Notes: generated from the letters alone by a model not told the origin. Positions 1 to 10,753 are shown, numbered from the stretch's first letter. The stretch is 64,000 nucleotides of DNA from a cyanobacterium endosymbiont of Rhopalodia gibba (GCA_045159875.1 CP067995.1:1184001-1248000); one strand, 5' to 3'. Program-made: numbers and translations.

Positions 1-386
1 TAAATGATCCTCATAGATTAGTTTTTAATCAACACCAGACTACCCTAATATTAACTCAACATTCCTATAAAGATTGTTTACAAATGGCTGATCTAGCGAT
101 CGCTATGGCCGGAACAGCAACAGAGCAATTTGTTGGATTAGGTAAACCAGCAATTACTATCCCTGGAAATGGACCACAATTCACCCTAAATTTTGCTAAA
201 AAACAAACCTATCTTTTAGGAGAATCAGTCATTTTAGTTAACCATCCGCAACAAGTCCCAACTCTCATTAATTCTTTATCAAGAAATCCTCAGAAACTAC
301 AGCGTATTGCTGACAATGGACGTAGAAGACTTGGAACATCGGGATCTGCTAAACGAATTGCTCAATGTTTAAAAGACTGTTTTTGA
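1..386 (+). CDS. 3' part of lipid-A-disaccharide-synthase-related protein (TIGR03492-like), truncated by window start
   Basis: C-terminal motif ADLAIAMAGTATEQFVGLGKPAITIPGNGPQFT typical of this cyanobacterial family; frame continues upstream of the ORF-track start. Confidence 0.75.
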   Translation, partial: NDPHRLVFNQHQTTLILTQHSYKDCLQMADLAIAMAGTATEQFVGLGKPAITIPGNGPQFTLNFAKKQTYLLGESVILVNHPQQVPTLINSLSRNPQKLQRIADNGRRRLGTSGSAKRIAQCLKDCF

Positions 387-537
387 GTGGACGTAATGTA
401 TGTGGTGCGGAAATGGTTTTCGAACTTCACAATTTGTAGAAATTATTTTATTTTGTGAATCTTAATGTCTGAATTATCTTCCTAAAATAGGATAATAAGA
501 TAAGCGAATAAGTAAATATACTACGGAAAATATACTT

Positions 538-834
538 ATGGTGAGTGAGAAATTTCAGACGATAGCCTCTCTGTCGAGTCGGGAGATGGAAATTCTCGAA
601 CTCGTAGCCACTGGTTTAACCAATCTCGAAATTGCAAAGAAGCTCGAAATTAGTAAACGAACCGTTGATAATCATATTAGTAATACTTTAACAAAAACAA
701 AGACAGAAAACAGAGTGGAACTGTTGCGCTGGGCGTTGCAGTGGGGTAAGGTCTGTCTTAACGATGTGAACTGCTGTTCCTTACCTATATCCTATCAAGT
801 AAATGTCATTAACATTAACGAAGTGGTCTCCTAA
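538..834 (+). CDS. pedR: small LuxR-type HTH redox-responsive regulator, PedR-like
   Basis: Stand-alone LuxR HTH (LSSREMEILELVATGLTNLEIA...SKRTVDNHISN) plus C-terminal WGKVCLNDVNCC cysteine cluster characteristic of Synechocystis PedR (Ssl0564). Confidence 0.8.
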   Translation: MVSEKFQTIASLSSREMEILELVATGLTNLEIAKKLEISKRTVDNHISNTLTKTKTENRVELLRWALQWGKVCLNDVNCCSLPISYQVNVININEVVS

Positions 835-849
835 AACCTTTAATAGATA

Positions 850-1380
850 GTTGAAAGTATAGTTAGCATCTTGCTCTTGAGTTTAAGTCGCTGTTAACAA
901 AGAAATTTTGCTGTCCTCCCAAAATAAAACTTTAAATTAGGTTGAAATACATGGTCAGCAGAAAAGTGCTCTCATTTTTCCTACTATGGTCAATATTTAG
1001 TGTTTGCTTCAAACATACGAGGAAAAAGAAGGATCTAAATTTATGATTTTCTAGGTCGTCGTATTCTACCTTTACCAGGATTAAACCAGCTAAAAAGTAG
1101 TTAGGATAAACCTAATATTAGCTTGTATGGACGGTACATTGTTTATGTCTCTGCTCAAGAAAGCAAGCCAGAAATTTTTGTTTATGATCGCCAAATATTT
1201 CATCCTAAAAAAATGCTAAAAACTGCTAAGGGGAGGTGTTTCATCTGAAAATTAGTGGAAATAGTCACCTTATTTTTTGGGGATTAAACTGAGGGAGACA
1301 GTGAGATATTGTGAGCTATGGATCGGGAATTATATACCTCTTTATCTCTTCCTAATCGGTTATTAAGAAATAATCGCTAA
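850..1380 (+). pseudogene. TolB-like (PD40 repeat) beta-propeller protein remnant
   Basis: Frame from 982 reads YYGQYLVFASNIRGKRRI*IYDFLGRRILPLPGLNQLKSS*DKPNISLYGRYIVYVSAQESKPEIFVYDRQ: PD40-type repeats with in-frame stops. Confidence 0.7.
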
Positions 1381-1407
1381 ACCCCAAGCTAATTCGCAAA
1401 TAATTTA

Positions 1408-2313
1408 TTATTTCTTCGATATTTTTTCTAAGGCTTGTTTTACTCTTTCTGGAGTTTTTTTCATCACCTCATCAAAGTTATCTAAGATTTCCCCAGGATA
1501 ATTTTCTAAGACTTTAGTAGACAAAGAAATACGGCCTTTGTATTCATCAATATTGAGAACTACCACCTGAATTTCTTGGCCAAACTTAAACAGTGTATTT
1601 AAAGAATCAATTCGTGAACCACTAATTTGTGTAATATGTAACAATCCTGTTACTCCATTTAAATCTACAAATATTCCATAGGGTTGAATTCTCGCTACCT
1701 TTCCAGCGACTAACGTTCCTACCGTAATTTGATTCATTTGTACTGTCATAATGGCACGGCGTTGGGACAAGACTAATTTATTATTCTCCTGATTAACTTC
1801 CAAAAAATTAGCAGTTAAAGACTTACCCACTAAAGACTCTAAATCTTCTTTTTCGAGAAGATGTGATCGCGGAATAAACCCTCGTAACCCTTCAACCTTA
1901 CCGATGACTCCCCCTTTATTGGTTTGAGTCACGAGCATTTGAACTGTTTGGCCAGTCTCAACCAATTCTGCCACATAATCCCAAGCTTGTTGTAATTGAA
2001 GTTGACGGACAGAAAGTTTAACTTGACCTTCAGCATTTTGATCACTGATAATCAAGAACTTACATTCTTCATTTAAAGGAAGAACCTCAACTAAATCAAA
2101 GGTTGAGTCTAAAGCAGCTTCTTTTAAGGAAACAAATCCCGTAGACTTGCCTCCGATATCAATATAAGCTCCGTCAGAGGTGTGTTGAAGCACCATTCCA
2201 CTAACAATTTGCCCTTTCTCAAAGGTATAATCATGCTGGTCTAGAGCTTTAGCAAAGTCATCCATAGAAAAGCCAATCTTGGATGATTTAGAGGGGATAG
2301 ATTCTGGAGTCAT
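1408..2313 (-). CDS. rps1b: 30S ribosomal protein S1 homolog (three S1 domains)
   Basis: FSMDDFAKAL N-terminus, S1 repeats (GAYIDIGGK, GLRGFIPRSHL, PYGIFVDL..GLLHITQIS). Confidence 0.85.
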   Translation of the reverse strand: MTPESIPSKSSKIGFSMDDFAKALDQHDYTFEKGQIVSGMVLQHTSDGAYIDIGGKSTGFVSLKEAALDSTFDLVEVLPLNEECKFLIISDQNAEGQVKLSVRQLQLQQAWDYVAELVETGQTVQMLVTQTNKGGVIGKVEGLRGFIPRSHLLEKEDLESLVGKSLTANFLEVNQENNKLVLSQRRAIMTVQMNQITVGTLVAGKVARIQPYGIFVDLNGVTGLLHITQISGSRIDSLNTLFKFGQEIQVVVLNIDEYKGRISLSTKVLENYPGEILDNFDEVMKKTPERVKQALEKISKK

Positions 2314-2329
2314 GGTGATTAAATGAACA

Positions 2330-2620
2330 AGGAAAAGCTATGAACAGTCAGTTAGGTCATCGCGGTGACAACAAGCCACCACGATAAACTTAACTAATTC
2401 TAATATCTTCTGAGCTGTAGCTAGCTTCAAATTTAGGGACAAGACATTAGTAAGTAGCTGGAGCGATCACCACATAACTTTGTTTAGCAATCTGTTTAGT
2501 TACCCCTTGAAAACATGGGCATCAACACTGAAAGTTTTTTGAACTACAATAATGCCAGGAAAGACACCTTTTATGTTGGCATAGTTAGATAAACATCAAT
2601 AATAGCTGATTCTACATTGT
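2330..2620 (-). pseudogene. dienelactone hydrolase family remnant (N-terminal third)
   Basis: Minus strand reads GVFPGIIVVQKTFSVDAH /frameshift/ VTKQIAKQSYVVIAPATY*CLVPKFEASYSSEDI, matching the PGIIVxQEIFGVNxHIRDVTERIAxEGYVAIAP motif. Confidence 0.7.
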
Positions 2621-2718
2621 ATGCTTGGATATATTAAGTCTTAATATCTGATATCGCCATGGTTTAGATACTCGAAATAAATTCTAAAACAATTTTAGGG
2701 AGGGTCAAGTCGCAAAAA

Positions 2719-3465
2719 TTAATTATCTTGCAAAAACTTAAGATAAGATTCACAAAGTTCCTCAACCGCTAAATCATATAATTGATGACCATGTTTCGGA
2801 GTCGCTAACGCAGGATTTGAGCCTATTCTGCCATCAGGATAATGACGACGAAAATCCACCGCTCCATAGATTGAATAACCAGATGCTACTTTTTCAGATA
2901 GAGGGACATTTTTAATAGACTCAGGATAGACATATTGAGTAATGGCTACTTCTGAGGGGGTAGCATGAGAGCCTTCTTGCTCACCGTACAATTCCTTCGC
3001 CTTTTCGTATACAGAACGACACATAAACCAATTTTTCACTTGACAACGAACTTGATCCGCTTGAGGAAGATTGAGATGAGCTAAGTAATTATAGGCCTGG
3101 GAAAAAGCCCCTTTAAGGGAAGCAATATTACCGCCATGCCCATTAATAAAGAAAAATCGGGAAAATCCCACCTTGGTTAAACAGGCTAAATAATCCTCAA
3201 TTACTTGGATTAAGGTTGTAGGACGCAAACTAATAGTTCCAGGAAAAGCCGTATGATGCAATGCCATACCCACATTAATGGTGGGGGCTACCATCGCTTG
3301 AATTTCTTCCCCAACCCCTTTAGCGATCACCTCCGCACAAATAGAATCAGTTCCTATTAACCCTGTCGGCCCATGTTGTTCCGTCGAACCGATAGGAATA
3401 ATCAGTCCTTGAGAGGTGTTTAGATAATCTTCAACTTCCGGCCAGGTACTTAAATTTAGTAGCAT
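2719..3465 (-). CDS. creatininase/amidohydrolase family protein
   Basis: PIGSTEQHGP, NGHGGN and HATPSE metal-binding motifs. Confidence 0.9.
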   Translation of the reverse strand: MLLNLSTWPEVEDYLNTSQGLIIPIGSTEQHGPTGLIGTDSICAEVIAKGVGEEIQAMVAPTINVGMALHHTAFPGTISLRPTTLIQVIEDYLACLTKVGFSRFFFINGHGGNIASLKGAFSQAYNYLAHLNLPQADQVRCQVKNWFMCRSVYEKAKELYGEQEGSHATPSEVAITQYVYPESIKNVPLSEKVASGYSIYGAVDFRRHYPDGRIGSNPALATPKHGHQLYDLAVEELCESYLKFLQDN

Positions 3466-3542
3466 AAAATATTTAAATGTCTAAGAAGATGATGAGATAA
3501 AAGGAGAAAAAACTATACTCAACGGCTAACTTTGTTGTATAT

Positions 3543-3561
3543 CTTAACCTAGAGTCAACGT
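3543..3561 (+). promoter_or_regulatory. putative Pho box upstream of sphR
   Basis: CTTAACCT-aga-GTCAACGT: one perfect and one degenerate PyTTAAPyPy(T/A) unit at 11-bp period, 15 bp before the sphR start. Confidence 0.35.
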
Positions 3562-3575
3562 TTAAACTATTTTTC

Positions 3576-4328
3576 ATGCTATCTCTAGACTTACCTCAAG
3601 CTTTGTCCTCCCAAAAAAACGTCAACCATCATCGAATTTTGGTGGTCGAAGACGAAGATGTGATTCGAGATATGATTATTATTTCCTTAGAAGGAGAAGG
3701 TTATGAGGTGGTAAGCGCTCCCGATGGACGTACGGCATTAAATTTCTTCCAAGATAATGTCTCTTCAGGTACTAGACTGGAGTTTCACTTGGTGGTTTTA
3801 GATTTAATGCTACCGCAAATTAACGGTTTAGATATCTGTCGCCTCCTGAGACACAATGGGAACATTGTCCCCATCTTAATTCTCAGTGCCAAAGCTAGTG
3901 AAACTGATCGGGTTTCAGGTCTGGAAGTTGGAGCAGATGATTATTTGACCAAACCCTTCAGCATACGGGAATTAGTAGCTCGTTGTCGTGCCTTGATCCG
4001 TCGTCAAGAGTTTAGTAATGCGTCATCGGTTCCTGTCCGTAAGTTCCGCGATGTTACTCTATATCCCAACGAATGTCGGGTGGAGGTTCGGGGTAAGGAG
4101 GCGAACTTTTCTCCCAAGGAATATCGCTTATTAGATTTGTTCATGAGCTACCCTCGTCGGGTTTGGTCTCGCGAACAATTGATCGAGCAGATATGGGGAC
4201 CTGATTTCTTAGGAGATACTAAAACGGTTGATGTTCATATCCGCTGGTTGAGGGAAAAGCTAGAGCATGATCCGAGTCAACCCAAATATTTAATTACGGT
4301 CAGGGGATTTGGCTATCGCTTTGGTTAA
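3576..4328 (+). CDS. sphR: OmpR/PhoB family response regulator, phosphate regulon SphR-like
   Basis: REC domain (ILVVEDE, LDLMLP, DDYLTKPF) plus winged helix (VDVHIRWLREKLE, TVRGFGYRFG); paired with PhoR-like kinase. Confidence 0.75.
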   Translation: MLSLDLPQALSSQKNVNHHRILVVEDEDVIRDMIIISLEGEGYEVVSAPDGRTALNFFQDNVSSGTRLEFHLVVLDLMLPQINGLDICRLLRHNGNIVPILILSAKASETDRVSGLEVGADDYLTKPFSIRELVARCRALIRRQEFSNASSVPVRKFRDVTLYPNECRVEVRGKEANFSPKEYRLLDLFMSYPRRVWSREQLIEQIWGPDFLGDTKTVDVHIRWLREKLEHDPSQPKYLITVRGFGYRFG

Positions 4329-4418
4329 TTACATTAAGTAATTGATCAACATGGAATCAAGTAATAGTCAACAGATTATTAAATGCCAACAGACGACTTA
4401 CAGTAGGCTATCAGTTCA

Positions 4419-5678
4419 TTGATTTTCTTTATTCTGGGTTTCTTATTAGGAATGGTCATTTGGGGGTGTAGTTATTACCGCTTTAAATGCCAATTACAGA
4501 AAATATTGACTGCTTCGCCCGATACAGAGGATTTAGTTAAGTCTTTATCTGCAACGTCCTTAGTGCGGCGAGAAATTCTTTATCTTCAAGAAATGTCTCA
4601 ACAGCAAGCTATAGAATTACAACGACAACAATATATCCTGGAGTTGGCCCCAATTGGTTATCTACACATTGATCGGGATAATCAATTGCTGTGGTGCAAT
4701 CAACAAGCGCGACAATTGCTCTATATTGATCGTTGGCAATCGGGACAAGTGCGTCTTTTTCTCGAGTTGGTTCGTTCCTATGAACTCGATCAACTAATTG
4801 AAAAAACACGTAATACTCAAACTGCTCAAGTAGAAGAGTGGGTGTTTTATCAAACACCCTATGTCAATCAAATGCTTGTAAATAATGGAGCTATTACCCT
4901 CAAAGGGACAAGCTATCCCCTCCAGAACAAAGCTGTGGCAGTGTTTTTGGAAAATCAACAACCATTAGCCGAACTGTCGCAATCGCGTAATCGCGCCTTT
5001 TCAGATCTTACCCATGAACTACGAACTCCTTTAACCTCTATTTTTTTAGTGGCTGAAACGTTACAGACTCACCTACAAAACCCTGAACGTCGTTGGGTTG
5101 AACAACTATTAAAGGAAACCGCTCGCTTAATTAATCTAGTCGAAGATTGGCTTGATCTCAGTGAAATTGAGAATAATCTTCATAAAAATCTTACTTATGA
5201 ACACCTAGCTCTAGATGAATTAATTTTGTCAGCGTGGCAAACTTTAGATCCCCTAGCGCAAAAAAGACAAGTTACTCTCGACTGTCATAGTAACTCAAAA
5301 ATTTGGTTTTCGGGTGATCGCTCTCGTTTATACCAAGCATTTCTTAATCTGCTAGACAATAGTTTCAAACATAGTCCTTCTGAATCTAGCATTCAAGTTA
5401 ATCTTAAATTATGTAAAATTAATCAAGCTATCGAAATTGATATTATTGATTGCGGTTCGGGGTTTTCTGAGGCGGATTTACCTTATATTTTTAATCGTTT
5501 ATATCGGGGAGAGCCTTCAAGAGTACGTGCTGGAATAGATCCCCAATCTCCTCGTAAAGGAAGTGGTTTGGGTCTAGCAATTGCCCAAGAGATTGTTTAT
5601 GCTCATGGTGGCTCGATTACTGCTAAAAATCATCCTCATACCCACGGAGCTTGGGTAAAAGTGGTGTTCCCGATTTGA
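4419..5678 (+). CDS. sphS: phosphate-sensing histidine kinase SphS/PhoR-like
   Basis: N-terminal hydrophobic segment, PAS-like LELVRSYELDQLI, H-box DLTHELRTPLT, G-boxes DxGxG and GSGLGLAI. Confidence 0.8.
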   Translation: MIFFILGFLLGMVIWGCSYYRFKCQLQKILTASPDTEDLVKSLSATSLVRREILYLQEMSQQQAIELQRQQYILELAPIGYLHIDRDNQLLWCNQQARQLLYIDRWQSGQVRLFLELVRSYELDQLIEKTRNTQTAQVEEWVFYQTPYVNQMLVNNGAITLKGTSYPLQNKAVAVFLENQQPLAELSQSRNRAFSDLTHELRTPLTSIFLVAETLQTHLQNPERRWVEQLLKETARLINLVEDWLDLSEIENNLHKNLTYEHLALDELILSAWQTLDPLAQKRQVTLDCHSNSKIWFSGDRSRLYQAFLNLLDNSFKHSPSESSIQVNLKLCKINQAIEIDIIDCGSGFSEADLPYIFNRLYRGEPSRVRAGIDPQSPRKGSGLGLAIAQEIVYAHGGSITAKNHPHTHGAWVKVVFPI

Positions 5679-6053
5679 ACGACCCAATTCTACAAGGAGA
5701 GCCTAAAATATTTGTTCATTGTTATAAATTGGCAATTTAGACTAAGAGATAGGGAAGTAATTGACAGTTTGTATATGATTTAGACTAGATCCAGTTTAAA
5801 TGGATAACAGCCTAGAACTAAGATCATGTAACCAGTACAATAAAACCAGATAGCTAGATTATGCATAGTTAAATTCAGGGAGGTGATCGTCAAATTTTAT
5901 CCCTCTTGCCTCTTGTCTTCCTTCCTTAGATAATCTTCAAAGATATGCATGGTCTAAACTTATAGATTATGAGAGAGATTTTTAAGATAATCGCGAATAA
6001 CTTTATTCAGCATTAATAATAAAGGATGAATGGAATAGTGAAAGAGACAAATA

Positions 6054-7046
6054 ATGAATATCAATAGCGCGCTCAAAGTGGGAGTCTTAGGATTTGGGGG
6101 ACTAGGACAAGCGGCTGCCCGAATTCTTACTCCCAAACAAGAGATGACCTGGGTAGCGGCCGCCGATCTTAAAGGTTATGGTTATTGTGAGAAAGGATTA
6201 GATCCTGATCAAGTAATCTCCACATATCATGAAAAGGGGTCTATTGGCTATTGTGAGCCCTATGGAACCTTCAGTAACAAAAGCATTCAAGACTTACTTA
6301 CAACTAAGACGGTTGATGGTTATTTCTTAGCTTTACCTAACCTTCCTAATACCTTCATGGCGGATGTGACTAAGCAATTTATCGCGTCAGGATGGCAAGG
6401 AGTGTTAGTAGATGCCCTCAAGCGTACCAGTGCAGTAGAACAATTACTTAAATTACAATACGAATTAGCTCAAGCTGGAATCACTTACTTGACCGGATGT
6501 GGAGCCACTCCTGGTTTACTCACCGCCGCCGCAACCATAGCCGCCCAAAGTTATGCCGAGGTTCATCATGTTCAAATCTCCTTTGGAGTCGGTATCGTTA
6601 ACTGGGAAGCCTATAGGGCGACGATTCGTGAAGATATCGCTCATTTGCCAGGGTTTGACGTAGAAAAAGCCGAGGGGATGAGCGACGCTGAGGTAGAAGC
6701 CCTTTTAGACAAAACCAATGGTATTCTAACCTTAGAAAAGATGGAACACGCCGATGATATTATGCTAGAACTGGCAGGAGTCTGTGATCGCGATCGGGTA
6801 ACAGTTGGGGGTGTAGTTGATACTCGCAACTCCAGAAAACCTTTAAGTACTAATGTTCAAGTAACTGGGCGTACTTTTGACGGAAAAATTTCTACTCATA
6901 CTTTTACTTTAGGAGACGAAACCAGTATGGCAGCTAATGTTTGCGGACCTGCTTTCGGTTATCTTAAGGCAGGTATGGCGTTACATCGTCGGGGAATTTA
7001 TGGACTATTTACCGCCGCGGAAATAATGCCTAAATTTGTGAGATAA
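6054..7046 (+). CDS. bioU: BioU, suicide enzyme of biotin biosynthesis (BioA substitute)
   Basis: Rossmann [22 protein letters not shown] (reactive Lys), GCGATPG, MEHADD and the C-terminal MPKFVR, as I recall them from Synechocystis Slr0355/BioU. Confidence 0.85.
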   Translation: MNINSALKVGVLGFGGLGQAAARILTPKQEMTWVAAADLKGYGYCEKGLDPDQVISTYHEKGSIGYCEPYGTFSNKSIQDLLTTKTVDGYFLALPNLPNTFMADVTKQFIASGWQGVLVDALKRTSAVEQLLKLQYELAQAGITYLTGCGATPGLLTAAATIAAQSYAEVHHVQISFGVGIVNWEAYRATIREDIAHLPGFDVEKAEGMSDAEVEALLDKTNGILTLEKMEHADDIMLELAGVCDRDRVTVGGVVDTRNSRKPLSTNVQVTGRTFDGKISTHTFTLGDETSMAANVCGPAFGYLKAGMALHRRGIYGLFTAAEIMPKFVR

Positions 7047-7229
7047 AACACTTTTATCAAACAACAGGCGATGTTCAAAATTCTGGTTTTAAAACAGGAG
7101 ATGTGAGACGTCATGTAATATGATTATCCGAATCGATCTAATACTGAGCAACTCAGTTAAGTGTGGACATAGTAATAGTTTGCGTAAACTGGACGCGAAC
7201 TTATTCCTATTAGTATTTATATTTAATTT

Positions 7230-7850
7230 CTTATAAGTGGATGTGGGTGAGCTTAAATAAGTAGAAAATAGATTCAACAGTGGGGATTTAAGAGCTAATT
7301 CTTCTCTGCCCATCCGGTTCAATCTCTTTTGTACAGATGCATCGGAAAGGCAGTCATGTGGTTACTTTCAAACATCCTTTGCTTGATTTTAGACATATTA
7401 GTTTTTTAATAGTTGAAGGGAAAAATGGGAGCGTGCCCAGATGTGAACAGAGACTTAAAGGCAATAGCGGTGAAGGGCTTGGGCGTATTCAATGGCGGTT
7501 TGGGGGACTCTATAAAAGGCGCCAAAGATGAGGTCAAAGTGGTAGTCGGGGAGATATACACCAGTTCCGGGACTTAGAGATACTAGTAATATGTCAAAGT
7601 TTCTAACTTGCTGGAAAGTAGACTTTATCTTCAATAAAAGCCACATTTTCGGGGAACACTATTAGTTTTCTGTACAGCAGGGAGAACGGCAAAGAGCTGC
7701 GCCACTAGTTGGCTACTGTTCAAATCTTTGATAGGAGTAATTTAGATCATCAAATACTTCGGTAGGTATCGAGATAAGATTTTATATTTATAACGCCAGA
7801 CATCAGTAAATATGGCTTCTAGCATGGAGTTGCTGTTCTCCTTTCCTACC
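7230..7850 (-). pseudogene. CyRepA1-family (DUF3854-associated) replication protein, internal fragment
   Basis: Fragments SSQLVAQL, ENVAFIEDK, DILLVSLSPGTGVYLPDYHFDLIFGAFYRVPQTAIEYAQALHRY, VHIW, KIKQRMFESNHMTAF, AEKN* resemble the CyRepA1 helicase-like region; multiple stops and frameshifts. Confidence 0.7.
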
Positions 7851-7891
7851 ATAACTTTTCGTCAAACTCAAGTTTGACGAAAAGTTATGGT
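7848..7891. repeat. perfect inverted repeat, 21-bp arms, 2-nt loop
   Basis: ACCATAACTTTTCGTCAAACT-ca-AGTTTGACGAAAAGTTATGGT. Confidence 0.95.
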
Positions 7892-9012
7892 CTTGATTAT
7901 TAGCGATTATTCTTTTATATAATCGTTAACCTCGTCATATTTTGACTGAAATATTGAGAATAAGAGCAGTGTTTTTAAAAATTGTTAGACTTACTTTGAA
8001 ATTCGGTTATTACTAGTTAGTCATACTCAGTATAAAAAATTCTTGATTGATAATATTAAGATAATTGAGAATAAGTTAAATTTACAAAACAAAAATTTAC
8101 TTCCTTTCTGTCTTTTAGTTTATGGTGATGATGGTGTTATCTTCGTTTGTGATAAAAAATTATGACTAGAGTAGCTATAACTTATTCAAAAAAATTTGTG
8201 CTTTCCTAGATTATTTATCGTATATCTACACATTCAACATTTTTATTAATAAATAAATATAAACTATTTTTTAAATAAAAAAATAAAAAATACAATTTAA
8301 TAAATAAACTACATAATTAATTATTTAATTAATACAATTAGCTAATCAATATAGACAAAGAAAAAAGCTAAGCATCATTTTTTAGTCAAAAAATAGTTTT
8401 GATATAACTCAAAAATATAAATAATAAAATTCATAAAAAGTACTAATTTACCAGTAAAATACGACATTAAGTAGTTACTAACTATTTCTTGAAATTAATC
8501 GTTGCTAGTTTAGATACACTCAATACCGAATTTATTTAATAAAGAGCTATATTTTGTTAATAAAAAATAATCTACACTAAAACTGACGTTGAAAGTAATT
8601 TTTTAAAATCCAGGAACTAATGTCGTACATTTTATTCTAAACAATAAAAAAATTGCATTATATATTGAACGTTTATCAAGATAAATAGAGGTGTATAAAT
8701 TTTTTAAAAATTTATAGTATCTTTTTAAAAGAAATAAATAGTGCCGAGTAAAATTTATCTTCTAAGATAGATTAATAACAACCTATTTTACAAAAAAAAA
8801 ATAGATAAACGTAGTAAAAGACAAAACTTATTAAAGAGTTCTATTAAACTGATATTGTTTTTACAAACTTATCACACTCAATTTAGAAAAAATCAACTTT
8901 TAAAAAGTAAATATTATTAATTTATATATAAAATACTTCCTCAAACTGTTCTCAAAGAGAACTTAAGGAGCTAATCTAAAAAAGAGTCAATATTTGTTGA
9001 AGGTTCTTTACT

Positions 9013-10455
9013 ATGTTATTTCCTGTTAACCCGATTAAATTTGGCACCGATGGTTGGCGTGGTGTTATTGCTGCCGAGTTTACTTTTGAACGAGTCGCTT
9101 TGTTAGCCCCCCTCGTAGCCAAAATCTTAGCTGATAATTATGGAACCTCTGATAGAACACGCCAAGTGATTGTGGGATATGATCGTCGATTTTTAGCCGA
9201 AGAATTTGCTCAAGTTGCCGCTGAAGCTATACAAAAAGCAGGATTTGATGTGATATTATCCCAATCTTATGCCCCTACTCCCGCCTTTAGTTGGGCAGCC
9301 AAACAACAAAATGTCTTAGGTGCGATTGTCTTAACCGCAAGTCACAACCCCGCTAAATATTTAGGATTAAAAGTAAAAGGAGCGTTTGGTGGCTCAGTTT
9401 CTCAGGAAATAACCCAACAAATTGAAACTTTACTGCTTAATCCTCCTATTTTTGATTCTAAATCAGGAACCTTAACTTACTTTGATCCTTGGGAAAGTTA
9501 CTGTTATGAGTTACAACAAAAAGTTAATATCGAAACAATTCGCGGGGCTATTTTATCGGGCAAATTAAAGGTGTTTGTTGATGTAATGCACGGAGCTGCC
9601 GCAACAGGCTTAAAACGGTTATTAAGCTGTGCTATTGAAGAGATTAACGGTGATCGCGATACCTTATTTGAAGGAGGTGCCCCTGAACCTTTGCCTCGTT
9701 ATTTATCAAAGTTATTTAATACCATCAAAACCTCAGCCAGTCAGGGAGACAATAGATTAAAAGTTGGTTTAGTTTTTGATGGAGATGGTGATCGTATTGC
9801 TGCAGTAGATGGACAAGGAAATTTTCTAAGTTCTCAAGTTTTAATTCCTATTTTGATTGATCATTTGGCCAAACGTAAGGGCTTTACAGGGGAAATTATT
9901 AAAACTGTAAGTGGTTCAGATTTAACTTCTCGTCTAGCCAAAATTTACAGTCTTTCGGTTTATGAAACTCCTATTGGTTATAAATATATTACGGATCGAA
10001 TGTTAACTACTGATACCTTGATTGGGGGAGAAGAATCTGGGGGAATTGGTTATGGAACTCATATTCCTGAACGAGATGCTTTATTATCAGCTTTATATGT
10101 CTTAGAAGCTATGGTAGAAAGTAGTAAAGACTTAGGTCAATATTACGCCTATTTACAAGATAAAACCGATTTTTATAATGTTTATGATCGTCTTGATTTA
10201 CCATTAGCTAATGTAGAAGTTCGGGTAAAAATACTAAAAAAACTGCAACAAGAACCGTTAACCGAAATTGCTGGACAAAAAGTATTAAATTGTTCGACAA
10301 AAGATGGTTATAAATATCGCTTAGCTGATGGAAGTTGGTTATTGATTCGCTTTAGTGGGACTGAACCAGTATTACGGTTATATTGTGAATCAATAACCAA
10401 CAAACAAGTCCATCAAATTTTAAATTGGATAAAAGATTGGGCAAATTCAGTTTAA
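9013..10455 (+). CDS. phosphoglucomutase/phosphomannomutase family
   Basis: FGTDGWRG, TASHNP (phospho-Ser), FDGDGDR metal loop, GEESGG, RFSGTEP. Confidence 0.92.
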   Translation: MLFPVNPIKFGTDGWRGVIAAEFTFERVALLAPLVAKILADNYGTSDRTRQVIVGYDRRFLAEEFAQVAAEAIQKAGFDVILSQSYAPTPAFSWAAKQQNVLGAIVLTASHNPAKYLGLKVKGAFGGSVSQEITQQIETLLLNPPIFDSKSGTLTYFDPWESYCYELQQKVNIETIRGAILSGKLKVFVDVMHGAAATGLKRLLSCAIEEINGDRDTLFEGGAPEPLPRYLSKLFNTIKTSASQGDNRLKVGLVFDGDGDRIAAVDGQGNFLSSQVLIPILIDHLAKRKGFTGEIIKTVSGSDLTSRLAKIYSLSVYETPIGYKYITDRMLTTDTLIGGEESGGIGYGTHIPERDALLSALYVLEAMVESSKDLGQYYAYLQDKTDFYNVYDRLDLPLANVEVRVKILKKLQQEPLTEIAGQKVLNCSTKDGYKYRLADGSWLLIRFSGTEPVLRLYCESITNKQVHQILNWIKDWANSV

Positions 10456-10753
10456 CTTAACTTTAGTTTCGATCAAGATTATTTTGCTACTCATTTTACG
10501 GAAAAATTACATATAAAGATGATGATAGAATTGGACAGTTAACTTGACTAAAATTTAGAGGATATAAAATCCTATTTCCGTACGCTATTATAGAAAATAT
10601 ATCTCCAAAATATCAAGTAATTTAATTGATAAATAACTCATTGATGTTATTGAACCTACGCTTGATCTTGTGTTAAAAAGTCATAACTGATAACTCAGGA
10701 GATTCTTACCCTTTATTATGTTAACCTGGGTGGGTGTTTCCCACCTGATGATT

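Noticed and set aside
7089..7646. ORFs 7089..7322, 7337..7531 and 7455..7646 as independent small genes
   Set aside because: Explained as fragments or antisense of the CyRepA1-like pseudogene.
8500..8760. Faint IS1-like (YIERL) trace; similarly faint IS630-like traces near 44100, 47040-47260 and 58400-58810
   Set aside because: Similarity too eroded to support by eye.
10729..10745. GGTGGG-tgttt-CCCACC hairpin after carB (and 50915-50947 after fabI) as terminators
   Set aside because: Plausible position but short stem or long loop and no clear U-tract in the transcribed direction.
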